Notes: generated from the letters alone by a model not told the origin. Shown: positions 28,201-37,814, counted from the first letter of the stretch. The stretch is DNA of 64,000 nt from Dehalococcoidia bacterium (GCA_965220625.1 CBDCQN010000001.1:156930-220929); one strand, 5' to 3'. Numbers and translations: made by a program.

Positions 28201-29019
28201 ATGAGAATACCGATTACGATGTGCCACGGAATCCGCCCCACTGCCGCTGGCGCCCTCCGCAATCCCTTGCCGGAGGAGCGGTTCGACATGCTGATGAGGA
28301 CTGCGGCGGAAATGGGGTTCCAGTCGATAAACTACGACCAACTGGCAGCTTGGCGGCAGGGAACCTCCTCCCTGCCGGAACGGCCAATCATGATCGACTT
28401 CGACCATCCGGTTGTCTCGATGCGCCGTGAGGTATTCCAGACACTGGAGCGGTATGGGTTCAAAGGGAACCTGTTCATCTACACCTCACCCTACGACCCG
28501 GGCTATCCCCGCCCGCTGGCGCTGGCCCAGGTTCCCGAGCACATGCCCTGGTCGGAAATACGGGAACTTCGCGACCTCGGCTGGCATATCGGCGCCCACA
28601 CCATCAGCCATCCCAACCTGTCCAACCTGGCTGCGGAGGACCCGGAAGGAGAGGTGTTGCGGGAGGAGTTGGACCGGTGCAACCGGGTAATCGAAGAAAA
28701 CCTCGGCTTTGTCCCGCAGGACTTTGCGTTTACCGGCACCAGTTGGAGCAGTGCCGCAGAGACCGAGGTCAAGAAAAGGTACCGGTTTGGCCGGCTGTGG
28801 ATAGTAGGGTCCGAATACGAGGTCGACGGCAAGCCGATGCGCTATGCCGAACTAGCCGGTTCGTCGGAACCCGATGAGGCCGACGGCGGCCCGCCCCACA
28901 GCACAAGATATATTACCGAACGCACCGACCCACACCGCCTGCCATCCATGGAACTTCAGGCTCTCATCAATGACCCTGACGCCTTCCGCTCGTACTTGGA
29001 AGGCGCGGCGGAAGATTAG
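28201..29019 (+). CDS. Polysaccharide deacetylase (NodB-like) family protein
   Basis: IMIDFDHP and GAHTISHPNLSNL resemble the NodB motifs. Start set at ATG 28201; the ORF track start is 28078. Confidence 0.6.
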   Translation: MRIPITMCHGIRPTAAGALRNPLPEERFDMLMRTAAEMGFQSINYDQLAAWRQGTSSLPERPIMIDFDHPVVSMRREVFQTLERYGFKGNLFIYTSPYDPGYPRPLALAQVPEHMPWSEIRELRDLGWHIGAHTISHPNLSNLAAEDPEGEVLREELDRCNRVIEENLGFVPQDFAFTGTSWSSAAETEVKKRYRFGRLWIVGSEYEVDGKPMRYAELAGSSEPDEADGGPPHSTRYITERTDPHRLPSMELQALINDPDAFRSYLEGAAED

Positions 29020-29253
29020 GGTCAGCGGCCCCGATGCCCTGACCTGAGCCGGGCCGCTGCCGAAAGGCCCTGGCATGACCTGAGGTCCGTCGGCCCCAGG
29101 TCATGCTCGAAGCCGTTCACCCGGAAATGTTCGCCGTCTTGGCAACGGGCCGGATCCTGGTTTCCGTAGTTGCCTGTTCGCCGCTCGACGAACCCACGCC
29201 ACCTCTGCGCCTCCGGCTCCGTACCGTTCAGGGAACACTTGTCCTCTTCGCGC

Positions 29254-30030
29254 CTACTGTGCCACGAACGACGTGACCGTGTCGGAATTGACGCGAACTG
29301 TGTACTCCTCGCCGGGCTCAAAGCCCGGTCCCAGAGGGACGTTCGTCTCCACTATGGGAAAATCGGCGGTACAGACGACGAGTTGGTCGGCGACCTCGTG
29401 GTGGGTAACGACCACCTCGATCTCATTCGATTCTCTCCGCCGGACTTCGTAGCCGTTGAACTGGGAACAGCCGCTGCCCTTGGGGAGACCGGAGACGACG
29501 AGAAGTTGGTACTGGGGTGGGAAGCTTTCGAGTATAGCGACCTCCGCGCTTTGAATCGGCGATTCGGCTACGAAGGTGTCGCGAAGGCTGGCCCTCGGCA
29601 GGCTGAACGAGGCCGTTGCCGAGTCGTTTACGATCACGCGGTAGGTCTCGCCCGGTTCAAGTGATGCCTTTATCGGCTCAACGGCGTCGAGTTCCACCAC
29701 CTGCTCGTCGCAGGGAATCGCCCAAGCTGTGGGAGGAGGTTGCACGAGCGTTATCGTCGCGACTATGTCAGTACCTTTCACTTCCAGACTCTGGCTGCCG
29801 GGGCGCGCGCAGCCTTCTATCGTTGACTGGTAGTAGCCGATGCGCAGTAAGTGTTCTCGCTCGTTCGGTATCAGGTTGGCCCAGCTTATCTTGGCCGGGA
29901 CCTCGATCCATTTCCGCCAGTCAACACCTTCATCGACCTGGTCGGGCGGCGGCTGAACGAGCACCAAGACCATGTCCACCTTGATAAAGCGGCACACCCC
30001 GCGGACGGCCCGAACAGGATCCCCACTCAA
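29254..30030 (-). CDS. Hypothetical protein with two tandem beta-rich modules
   Basis: 258 aa. Two modules end in EPGETYRVIVNDSATASFSL and EPGEEYTVRVNSDTVTSFVAQ, each with a Cys pair. No clear signal peptide. Confidence 0.4.
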   Translation of the reverse strand: MSGDPVRAVRGVCRFIKVDMVLVLVQPPPDQVDEGVDWRKWIEVPAKISWANLIPNEREHLLRIGYYQSTIEGCARPGSQSLEVKGTDIVATITLVQPPPTAWAIPCDEQVVELDAVEPIKASLEPGETYRVIVNDSATASFSLPRASLRDTFVAESPIQSAEVAILESFPPQYQLLVVSGLPKGSGCSQFNGYEVRRRESNEIEVVVTHHEVADQLVVCTADFPIVETNVPLGPGFEPGEEYTVRVNSDTVTSFVAQ

Positions 30031-30179
30031 AACAGGTTGACGTACGGAGCAGAGAAAGTTTGGATCTTCATCTGAGGTGGACCCAGGGCCTTTCGATTAT
30101 TCGTGAGAAACAGGAGAATAAGGAAGGCCACCCGCACCGGGGGAGCGGTTCCCGCGAGCCGCCGACTTCTTCACAGACC

Positions 30180-31340
30180 CTACCTTTCCACGTTCACGTA
30201 GTTGGAGCGCGGCCCGACGCCGGCGGCGTTGATGGCCTTGACGCGGTACACGTAGAGTTCTCCCGCTTGGACGTCTTCGTCCGTGTAGGTGGTGGCGGTC
30301 GTGCCCGTGTCGGATTCGTAGACCAGCAGCGTGTTCTCGTTCTGCCGCGGCATGCGTCGCACGATCTGGTAGCCCGTGATGTGTTCGTCGTCGGGCGCGG
30401 TCCAGCTGAGGACGACGTGGCCGTCATCGTTGACCGTGTAGGTCAGGTTCTGGGGCGCTGGCGGCGGCGACGTGGGCCCGGCGGGTTCGACCGCCGCCGT
30501 GGCCGCGCTGGTCAGACTCTCGGAGTTGCCGTTGTCGTCCGTGAACGATACCCGCACCTTGATGGCCTTGCCTTCTCGGTCGTCCGTGAGTTCAAGGCTG
30601 GAGCCGGTGGCATCGGTTATCTCGGCGTCGTCAGCCAGCCAGCGGTAGGCGTAGGAGACGTCGTCGAGTCCGTCAGCGTCGCTGATGCCGCTGACGGAGG
30701 TGGAGAGCGTCTCTCCGACCTGGGTCGTCCCCGTGATGGTCGGCTGACCGGTGGCGGCCGTGTTGGCCCTCCGGACCGTGGCCGTCACCGCGCTTTCCAG
30801 CGACCGGCCGTCCGGCGTGTTCACCGCGCCCGCGGGCAGGGTAATCGTCACCGCCCAGCGGCCGTCGGGCTCGATATGGATGGTCCAGTTCTGGTTCTGC
30901 CCTTTCGTCTGTCGCTCCGCGGTCGTCACGTTCCCGTGGGTGAGGTTGAAGGCGTCGCGGAGCGTCAGGTAGCTCAGCCCGTTGACGTCTTCGCTGAACT
31001 GCAGCGTGAACGTGAACGTGTTGGCGCCATCGTGGGATACGGGAACGTTCTGGACGCTCGCCGTCAGGGCTGGGAGCGTTTGAGTTTCGCTGTTCCTGAT
31101 GGTGCCGGTCGCTTCGGCGTCGCCGAGTGCGGCGACGGTCGGGTTGCTCAGCGTCAGCGTACGCCAGCCGAAACGGGTCGCCGCGGCCTGCGGGGGGTCC
31201 TTGGCTCTGCTTCCCGCGAACAGGGTTGTCGTTGGGGTGGCAGGGTCGTTGCCGGTACCAGAACTTCGAGCACAACGCGCGAAGCGAGGGAACGGGATTA
31301 AACAAGTCGTTAGCTCCTTGCTGCCGTTTATCCAATCCAT
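30180..31340 (-). CDS. Ig-like/fibronectin type III repeat protein, probably a 5'-truncated fragment of a larger surface protein
   Basis: C-terminal FN3 domain (PPAPQNLTYTV...LSWTAPDDEHITGYQIVRR...YVYRVKAINAAGVGPRS). Upstream Ig-like repeat (GQPTITGTTQVGETLSTSVSGISDADGLDDVSYAYRW). No signal peptide. The ORF-track N-terminus reads through the tRNA-Trp and was trimmed to ATG 31340. Confidence 0.45.
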   Translation of the reverse strand: MDWINGSKELTTCLIPFPRFARCARSSGTGNDPATPTTTLFAGSRAKDPPQAAATRFGWRTLTLSNPTVAALGDAEATGTIRNSETQTLPALTASVQNVPVSHDGANTFTFTLQFSEDVNGLSYLTLRDAFNLTHGNVTTAERQTKGQNQNWTIHIEPDGRWAVTITLPAGAVNTPDGRSLESAVTATVRRANTAATGQPTITGTTQVGETLSTSVSGISDADGLDDVSYAYRWLADDAEITDATGSSLELTDDREGKAIKVRVSFTDDNGNSESLTSAATAAVEPAGPTSPPPAPQNLTYTVNDDGHVVLSWTAPDDEHITGYQIVRRMPRQNENTLLVYESDTGTTATTYTDEDVQAGELYVYRVKAINAAGVGPRSNYVNVER

Positions 31341-31384
31341 GGTCGTCAAGCGCGCATGCACCGGCTGGCGACCTATCTGTAATT

Positions 31385-31462
31385 TGGCAGGAGCGGCAGG
31401 ATTCGAACCCGCGACCACTGGTTTTGGAGACCAGCGCTCTGGCCAGACTGAGCTACGCTCCT
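31385..31462 (-). tRNA. trnW: tRNA-Trp (anticodon CCA), CCA end encoded
   Basis: Hand-folded cloverleaf: AGGAGCG TA GCTC AGTCTGGCCA GAGC G CTGGT CTCCAAA ACCAG TGGTC GCGGG TTCGAAT CCTGC CGCTCCT G CCA. Confidence 0.9.
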
Positions 31463-31618
31463 GCGTCACCGGCCTGATTTAGGCCGTTTTCGTAAAGCCC
31501 GGCCGATTCAGCCGGACTCGCCAGAGTAATTCGATTTTAGAGCAATCTCGTCCCTTTGAACAGTGAGAGACATTCCCGATTGGAGTTGGAGTGCCGCCGA
31601 CTTAGGGTTCCTGCCGGT

Positions 31619-32410
31619 CTATGGACTGCCAGCCGAGCTGCCACCATCAACCATGTATACACCGCCGGTGCAAAAGCTGCTTTCGTCACTGGCAAGAAAC
31701 AGCATCAAATTGGCCACTTCCTCAGGGTTTCCGTATCGCTGAAGCGGGATGCGCACGGCAAAGGACTGCTTCGCCTGCTCAACGGTAACCGCGGAGTCGT
31801 CCAACCCCGCGACACGCATTTCCTCGATCGAGCGCATCATCCGTGTTTCAATCGGGGCGGGATTGACAGTGTTGACCCGAATACCCACTGGCGCGCCCTC
31901 CAGCGCGGCGGTGCGCATCAGGCCGATAACCGCATGTTTGCTGGTGACATATGCCGACATATCCGCCGTCCCCCGGATTCCGGCAGCAGAAGACGTAATC
32001 ACGATGCTGCCGCCTCCCCGTGCACTCATTACGGGGGTCACGTACTTGATCCCCAGCCATACTCCGCGCACGTTGACCGCCATCACCCGGTCGAATACGT
32101 CGATGGGGTAGTCCGGTATGGAAGATACGGAACCTTCGATTCCGGCGTTGGCCAAGAATATATCGACCCCGCCCCAACGGTCTATCGCCGCGTTGACGTA
32201 AGCCTGGACCTGTTCCGGCTGGGTGACGTCCGCAACCGCATAGCTGGCCCTTTCTTCGCCAATCGTTCGGACCGCGGCTTGGAGCGCCGCCTCGTCAAGG
32301 TCGATCAACACGACCCTGGCGCCTTCATCGGCAAACAGCCTTGCGGCAGCCTGGCCAATCCCACCGGTTGCGCCCGTAATCAAGGCTATCTTCCCTTCCA
32401 AGCGGACCAT
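31619..32410 (-). CDS. SDR-family oxidoreductase
   Basis: 263 aa with AAGGAG upstream. TGATGGIGQAAA and the YVTSKHAV (YxxxK) catalytic motif. Confidence 0.85.
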   Translation of the reverse strand: MVRLEGKIALITGATGGIGQAAARLFADEGARVVLIDLDEAALQAAVRTIGEERASYAVADVTQPEQVQAYVNAAIDRWGGVDIFLANAGIEGSVSSIPDYPIDVFDRVMAVNVRGVWLGIKYVTPVMSARGGGSIVITSSAAGIRGTADMSAYVTSKHAVIGLMRTAALEGAPVGIRVNTVNPAPIETRMMRSIEEMRVAGLDDSAVTVEQAKQSFAVRIPLQRYGNPEEVANLMLFLASDESSFCTGGVYMVDGGSSAGSP

Positions 32411-32563
32411 TCGCCTCTCCTTTCACCTTTTTTGGCCGTTAATTGGAAACGGGGCCAATATGGGCCAACATATCGTTAATTAGCAACTGCCCGGTCAAAA
32501 GCGAGTCTGCGGGATTATCAGGTCCTGCGTGGAATCAAGAAACCTTGAGAACGAAGAAGTGAG

Positions 32564-32639
32564 TGGTACCCCTGGAGGGACTCGAACCCCCGACGCGCGA
32601 CTTAGGACGCCGCCGCTCTATCCTCTGAGCTACAGGGGC
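32564..32639 (-). tRNA. tRNA-Arg (anticodon CCT)
   Basis: 76 nt cloverleaf: GCCCCTG TA GCTC AGAGGATA GAGC G GCGGC GTCCTAA GTCGC GCGTC GGGGG TTCGAGT CCCTC CAGGGGT A CCA. Confidence 0.9.
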
Positions 32640-32643
32640 AGGT

Positions 32644-32719
32644 TGGTGGAGATAGGGGGGGTCGAACCCCCAACCTCGGCATTGCGAACGCCGCGCTCTC
32701 CCAATTGAGCTATATCCCC
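32644..32719 (-). tRNA. tRNA-Ala (anticodon CGC)
   Basis: 76 nt cloverleaf with the G3:U70 identity pair: GGGGATA TA GCTC AATTGGGA GAGC G CGGCG TTCGCAA TGCCG AGGTT GGGGG TTCGACC CCCCC TATCTCC A CCA. Confidence 0.9.
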
Positions 32720-32879
32720 ACGGCGGGCCGGAAAGATGACCCTACTCGAATCGTAAGACCAGCCCGTCGCAACTGTCAAGGCGGCCCTCTGCAGACCCCC
32801 GCCCTTTCGTCGCCCCTTTTTGTTAAAATCCCCCCAAACCGGCCCCATGAACACACAGGATACTCGAAGGAGGAACGCA

Positions 32880-33218
32880 ATGGGCATTGCCAGACTGTAC
32901 ACCGGAGACGACGGCCAGTCCCACATCGAAGAAATGGACCTGGACTCTCACCCCGAGCTTACGTCGCTCCAGTCCACCACCGGGATTGTCTTCCGCACCT
33001 TTGAGGTCGGTTACTTCAGCGACTGGCACTGCGCCCCGCGCCGCCAGTTCGTCATTTCCTTGGACGGCGAAGTCGAAATCGGGCTGGGCGACGGCACGCT
33101 GCACCGCTTCGGCCCCGGCCAAGCGATGCTGGCCGAAGATTTGACCGGCCATGGCCATACGACCCGCGCCGTCGGCGACCGGCCCCGCTTGACCGCCACG
33201 GTGCCTCTGGACGGTTAA
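32880..33218 (+). CDS. Small cupin-like protein
   Basis: ATG 32880 is preceded by AAGGAGG. Beta-rich sequence with GxxHxH-like GHGHTT. The call is tentative. Confidence 0.5.
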   Translation: MGIARLYTGDDGQSHIEEMDLDSHPELTSLQSTTGIVFRTFEVGYFSDWHCAPRRQFVISLDGEVEIGLGDGTLHRFGPGQAMLAEDLTGHGHTTRAVGDRPRLTATVPLDG

Positions 33219-33316
33219 GACTGCTAGAATAGGCCTTCCCCGGTCCGGCGCCTGCGGCAGCCTCATCAAGGTCCCGCATGGGGATTGACCTGGACGCAGC
33301 AATGGAGGACCCACCA

Positions 33317-34444
33317 ATGACCAGCACCCATCAAGACCCCGTTCTGGTTGTCATACAAGTCACCGGCGGCAACGATTACATGAACACCGTGGTCCCCTAC
33401 GCCGACCCGCTGTACCAGGACAACCGGCCCACGGTGGGCGTTCCCGTGGATGAAGTCCTTCCCATAGACGAACGTTTCGGGTTCAATCCCGCCTTGGCCC
33501 CGCTAAAGGACCTCTACGACGACGGCCGGGTGGCGGTGATCAACGGCATCGGCTACCCCAACCCCAACCGTTCCCACTTTCGGGCCATGGACATCTGGCA
33601 CACGTGCGAGCCCGAACGCATCGCCACCGAGGGCTGGTTGGGCCGGGTGGTCCGCGACCTCGACCCGGCGGCCGAGAACGTCCTCACCGCAGTCAACTTC
33701 GGTCGCGGGCTGCCCCGAGCCCTCTCCCTTCCCGGTGTCCCGGTGGCTTCCGTGGCCGTACTGGAGAACTACGGCGTCTTGAACGCCATCACCAGCGAGG
33801 AGCAACGGGCCAGGGCCCTGGACGTTTTTGCCCGGATGTACGCTCCCGCGATCGGGACCGGGCCTACGATGGACTACCTCGGCCAGACGGGGCTCGACGC
33901 GCTGAAGGGGGCCGACCTCCTCAAGTCGGCCGGTGACGGCTACACTTCTACGGTGGAGTACGCCGCCACGCCGATCGCCCAGAACCTGAAGGGCATCGCC
34001 AAGGTGCTGCTGGCCGGTCTGGGAACGCGGGTCTTCTACACGCTGCAAGCTGGCTACGACACCCACTCCGGCCAGGTACAGGTGCAACCCCAGTTGCTCT
34101 CGGAGCTGGCGGGCGGCATCGCCGGCTTCTACGCCGACCTGCAAGAACACCACGCGTCCGAAAACGTCCTGATGCTGGTGTTCACCGAGTTCGGCCGCCG
34201 GGTGAGGGACAATGGCAACGGCACCGATCACGGTTCGGGAGGGGCCGCCTTCGTCATCGGCGACCGGGTCGCCGGGGGAATGCACGGCATGTATCCCTCG
34301 CTGAAGGAAGAAGACCTCCTGGACGGCGACCTCCATTTCCAGGTCGACTTCCGCAGCGTCTACAGCACCATCGTCGAGGGCTGGCTGGAGTTGGACGCCC
34401 AACCCATCGTTGGCGGCAACTACGAGCGCCTGAATTTCCTGTAG
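33317..34444 (+). CDS. DUF1501-domain (sulfatase-fold) protein, second paralogue
   Basis: Same motifs as 19228-20361 (TGGNDYMNTVVPY, RSHFRAMDIW, GYDTHS, GTDHG). Start set at ATG 33317 with GGAGG upstream. Confidence 0.85.
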   Translation: MTSTHQDPVLVVIQVTGGNDYMNTVVPYADPLYQDNRPTVGVPVDEVLPIDERFGFNPALAPLKDLYDDGRVAVINGIGYPNPNRSHFRAMDIWHTCEPERIATEGWLGRVVRDLDPAAENVLTAVNFGRGLPRALSLPGVPVASVAVLENYGVLNAITSEEQRARALDVFARMYAPAIGTGPTMDYLGQTGLDALKGADLLKSAGDGYTSTVEYAATPIAQNLKGIAKVLLAGLGTRVFYTLQAGYDTHSGQVQVQPQLLSELAGGIAGFYADLQEHHASENVLMLVFTEFGRRVRDNGNGTDHGSGGAAFVIGDRVAGGMHGMYPSLKEEDLLDGDLHFQVDFRSVYSTIVEGWLELDAQPIVGGNYERLNFL

Positions 34445-34501
34445 GGACAGCTCGAGTCCATCCGACATTGACCGACTGGACCGCTTGGCCGACGCAGTCG
34501 C

Positions 34502-35224
34502 CTAGCTGAAGCCCAGGCGCGATTCGTTCATGCTGACGAAGCGGCTGGCGCTTCCGATGACTATGTGGTCCATTACCTCGATGCCCAGCATCTTCCCCGA
34601 GGCGATCAGCTCGCGGGTGACGGCGACGTCGGGCGCGCTGGGGGTGGGGTCGCCCGAGGGGTGATTGTGCACCACTATCAGTGCCGGGGCGTTTTCCCTG
34701 ATGGCGGGCCGGAACACCTCCGCGCCCCGCACCACGGAATGGTTCACCGTGCCGACGTAGAGTTGGTGAGTCGAAAGCACCGCGTTCCGGGTGTTGAGCA
34801 GCACCACCCGGAGGTGCTCCTGCTCCAGCGTAGCCATGTCCGCGCCGAGCAGGTTGGCCACGTCCTGGGGCGAATTGATGGTAGGTCTCTCCTCGGGGGC
34901 TAACGAAACGAACCGGCGCCCCAACTCCATCGCCGCCAGAAGCTGGCAGGCCTTCGCCTCGCTGAGGCCTTTCTCCCGGCAGAGATCAGTGTAGTCCGCC
35001 CGGCCCAAGCCAGCCAAACCGCCGAAGCGGGCCAGCACCCGGGACGCCACCGACAGCACGTTTTCTCCCACCACACCCGTGCGGAGCAATATCGCAACCA
35101 GTTCGGTGTTGCTGAGGTTCCTTGGGCCGTACTCCACCAACCGCTGGCGCGGCCGCTCGCCGGTGGGCAGGTCTCGGACCATCGGATGGCCGCCGGGGTT
35201 GGCGGTTTCGCTCTTCGTAGCCAC
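34502..35224 (-). CDS. radC: RadC-family JAB-domain protein
   Basis: ERPRQRL, NTELVAILLRTG and the JAMM-like HNHPSGDPTPSAPD motif. The start is ambiguous (GTG 35224 or ATG 35182). Confidence 0.85.
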   Translation of the reverse strand: MATKSETANPGGHPMVRDLPTGERPRQRLVEYGPRNLSNTELVAILLRTGVVGENVLSVASRVLARFGGLAGLGRADYTDLCREKGLSEAKACQLLAAMELGRRFVSLAPEERPTINSPQDVANLLGADMATLEQEHLRVVLLNTRNAVLSTHQLYVGTVNHSVVRGAEVFRPAIRENAPALIVVHNHPSGDPTPSAPDVAVTRELIASGKMLGIEVMDHIVIGSASRFVSMNESRLGFS

Positions 35225-35325
35225 GCGGGTATTTCAACCCACCCGCCGGGACGGTTCAAGGGGCAACTGTCAGTGGAACAGCGTAACCGGCCTCGATGCC
35301 CCCCGCCGTCTCCCAATGGGCGCAA

Positions 35326-36963
35326 TCAGAACTTGGAGAATTCGCCCTCGTCCCGGGTGATGAACTCCAGCACCACCGGCCGGCCGGAGTTGGTGGCCTC
35401 CAGCCCGCGGTTGATGGCCGGGACGATCTCACCGGGGTCGGTCACCTTTTCGCTATAGGCCCCCATCGCTTGGGCCACCTCGGCGAACTGTCCCGAAAGC
35501 TCCTTTACGTTGTACCGTTCCAAGGCTACGGGAAACCGCAGATTGTCGTAGATCGACATGTAGGAGTTGTTGTTCACGACGGTCATGATGGGGATGTCGC
35601 ACCGCACGGCCGTTTCAATGTCGAGCCCGACAGTGCTGAAGGCCATATCGCCCATCACGTTGATGACCTGCTTTTCTGGAAAGGCCATCTTGGCTCCCAT
35701 GGCCAGCCCCAGGCTGTAGCCCAACTGGGTGGACTTGCCCCAGCCGATGAAGCTGCGGGGCGCCCGGGCCTCCCAGAAGGGCACCATGTATTCACGGGAG
35801 CTGCCCGACTCGTGGGTGACGATAGTATTGTCCAAGTCCACCGTGTGCATCAGGTCCCACACCACCCGGTAGGGGTTGATGGGGGTTTCGGAAGACGTGA
35901 GCTTGGGCATCCATTGAGCCAGCCAGGCTTCCTTGACGGACCTGATATCGGCCTGCAGCGCTTGGTTCCGCGGCCGGGCGCTCCCGGCCAAGTCTTTCAG
36001 TTCACCCAACAATTGCCGGAGCACCAGCTTGGTGTCGCCCAGAATCGGGTAGTCGCACTTGTACTCTCGGCCGATGGCGTCCTCATCGTTGGTGGTATGT
36101 ATCATCGTTTTGTCGGCGGCAATCAGCGGGGCGAAGAAGGACTTGGCGAAGCTGCAACCCGCGCCGAACACGAGGTCGGCCCCGTTCAGGTACTTGTTCA
36201 CCGCGGCGGTGGTGCTGGGCCCCGCGGCGCCCAAGGCCAGCGGATGATTCTCCGGAAAGGCGCTCTTGCCCGGCAGGGTGGTCATGACCGGGGCCTGCAA
36301 AAACTCGGCAAGCTCCACAAGCTCGTCGGAGGCCTCCGCGTACAGAACGCCTTGGCCCGCATGAATTACCGGCCGTTCGGCGGCCAAGAGGGCGGCGGCC
36401 GCCCGGCTCACGTCGGCCGGGTCGCCCTGCTGCCGCACCGCCCGCGGAGCTTCGTAGTTGAACAGCTCCTCGGGCAACTCGGCGGTGGCGATGTCTTGGG
36501 GGATTTCCAGCAACACCGGGCCGGGCCTCCCGCTGCGCAGCTTGCCGAAGGCCCGGCGCATCAGGTCTGGAATCGTCTCCACAATGTTCATCTCGGCGGA
36601 CCATTTGGTGATGGTCTCGTAGCTACGGGTGGGATAGAAATTGGGGTGTACGCCCCTCTTGTCCCGCGGCATCCCGGCGGGCAGAAGGAGGATGGGCACC
36701 GATTCCGAGAACGCTTGGGCCACGCCGCCGAAGGCGTTCTCCGCGCCGGGGCCGTTCTGCATCATGAATACGCCCAACCGCTTCCCGTTGGTCACCCGTG
36801 AGTAGCCGTCGACCATGTGGATGCCGGTACTCTCTTGGCGGAAAATCAAAGGCCGGATGCCAGCGATAGCCGCCGCCTCCAGCAGCGGTTGGTAGGGAAC
36901 ACACCCGACAAACTCCACGCCTTCCATGCGCAGGATGTTGGCGATGGCCGTAACTCCGTCCAC
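35326..36963 (-). CDS. Thiamine-pyrophosphate-dependent enzyme (acetolactate synthase large-subunit-like)
   Basis: 545 aa with a GTG start and GAGGAG upstream. N-terminal TPP-pyrimidine domain (QESTGIHMVDGYSRV, NGPGAENA). C-terminal TPP-binding region GDMAF...NNNSY. Confidence 0.85.
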   Translation of the reverse strand: MDGVTAIANILRMEGVEFVGCVPYQPLLEAAAIAGIRPLIFRQESTGIHMVDGYSRVTNGKRLGVFMMQNGPGAENAFGGVAQAFSESVPILLLPAGMPRDKRGVHPNFYPTRSYETITKWSAEMNIVETIPDLMRRAFGKLRSGRPGPVLLEIPQDIATAELPEELFNYEAPRAVRQQGDPADVSRAAAALLAAERPVIHAGQGVLYAEASDELVELAEFLQAPVMTTLPGKSAFPENHPLALGAAGPSTTAAVNKYLNGADLVFGAGCSFAKSFFAPLIAADKTMIHTTNDEDAIGREYKCDYPILGDTKLVLRQLLGELKDLAGSARPRNQALQADIRSVKEAWLAQWMPKLTSSETPINPYRVVWDLMHTVDLDNTIVTHESGSSREYMVPFWEARAPRSFIGWGKSTQLGYSLGLAMGAKMAFPEKQVINVMGDMAFSTVGLDIETAVRCDIPIMTVVNNNSYMSIYDNLRFPVALERYNVKELSGQFAEVAQAMGAYSEKVTDPGEIVPAINRGLEATNSGRPVVLEFITRDEGEFSKF

Positions 36964-37162
36964 GTTCGGGCTCCTCGACTGTAAGATTTCAGGTGTAAGA
37001 TTTGGGGCGCACCAAGGGCGGCGCCCGGTCTCCGTGGTATCGTTCGAGTGGGAAGTTTACCGGTTTCCCTTTCGCGCGGCTAGTGCTTGTCGGGCCGATT
37101 GTCTTGAACTGTGATTCGTTTGATTTGGATGATTTATGTGATTCGGGTGACTGGTTTCGTCC

Positions 37163-37486
37163 CTAGCAGAACCTGGGAGGGGGATAGTCCTGGGACCAGG
37201 GGATGAGGGCGTGGAGGAGGTCTTCGCGGTCGGGGAGGGAGTTGTTGGCGCGGCACCGCTCCAGGTATTTATGGACCGCCATGAAGGAGGGGAGCCGGAA
37301 GCCAGCGGAGGCTACCCGGCGGATGAACGCATGGGACCCGGGAGGGGGTTGGCGGCCGGCGCGGGCCACGGACGAATGGAAGCAATGCTCCTCGGCCAAG
37401 CGGCGGAGCCGGAGGGCGGCGAGTTCGGGGGCCAATTTTCGTTGGAGGGCGCGGACGCGGGCGCTCAGGGCGCTCAGAGTATCCAT
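37163..37486 (-). CDS. Hypothetical protein
   Basis: 107 aa helical ORF in a repeat-rich, mostly non-coding 1.2 kb region. No motif recognised, and it may not be a real gene. Confidence 0.25.
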   Translation of the reverse strand: MDTLSALSARVRALQRKLAPELAALRLRRLAEEHCFHSSVARAGRQPPPGSHAFIRRVASAGFRLPSFMAVHKYLERCRANNSLPDREDLLHALIPWSQDYPPPRFC

Positions 37487-37555
37487 ATGGGGTTCACCTC
37501 ATGAAGTTTACTTGGGAGTTTACTTGACGATGGGGGAGCCGAAATTTTCTATTTT

Positions 37556-37814
37556 CCTCCCATTTCCGCTCATTTCCGGCCATTTTGCCCCGGTGGTGGA
37601 TTCCCGGAATGACCAGGTGGCGTATGGGACTGTCCGGTTTAGGCGCGAATTTTTGGTCATTGGATGCCACGGATGCCGGATGCCACGGATGCCGCGCCGC
37701 TTCAGTGACGTGGCCGAATTTGGTCCGCTCAGGATTAAGGGCGGGACGCCGCGCCGGACAGGTACTATGCTAGCGTAGGGTCTCAAGGATTGGGAACGGG
37801 CAAGTGTCAGGGCC
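37556..37814 (+). repeat. Divergent composite copy of the 15570-15746 repeat (inverted orientation)
   Basis: 37556-37591 matches the reverse complement of 15709-15746. 37788-37814 (GATTGGGAACGGGCAAGTGTCAGGGCC) matches the end of the 111 bp repeat. Confidence 0.55.

Larger units (their letters stand above)
25458..31462. mobile_element. Putative decayed tRNA-Trp-associated genomic islet (no integrase seen)
   Basis: Bounded by the intact tRNA-Trp and a 48 bp direct repeat of its 3' half. Cargo is hydrolase, AKR, deacetylase, a hypothetical gene and a truncated surface-protein gene. 25506-25951 is a ~450 bp non-coding stretch. Confidence 0.45.

Noticed and set aside
29073-29106. 9 bp stem hairpin (GCATGACCT-N16-AGGTCATGC) between the convergent deacetylase and hypothetical genes, considered as a terminator.
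   Set aside because: No U-tract on either strand and a long loop. This is too weak to annotate.
32630-32926. 98 aa ORF overlapping the tRNA-Arg/tRNA-Ala pair, and the first 43 codons of ORF 30180-31469 reading through tRNA-Trp.
   Set aside because: The sequence folds into canonical tRNA cloverleaves, so the ORFs are incidental. The FN3 ORF was trimmed to ATG 31340.
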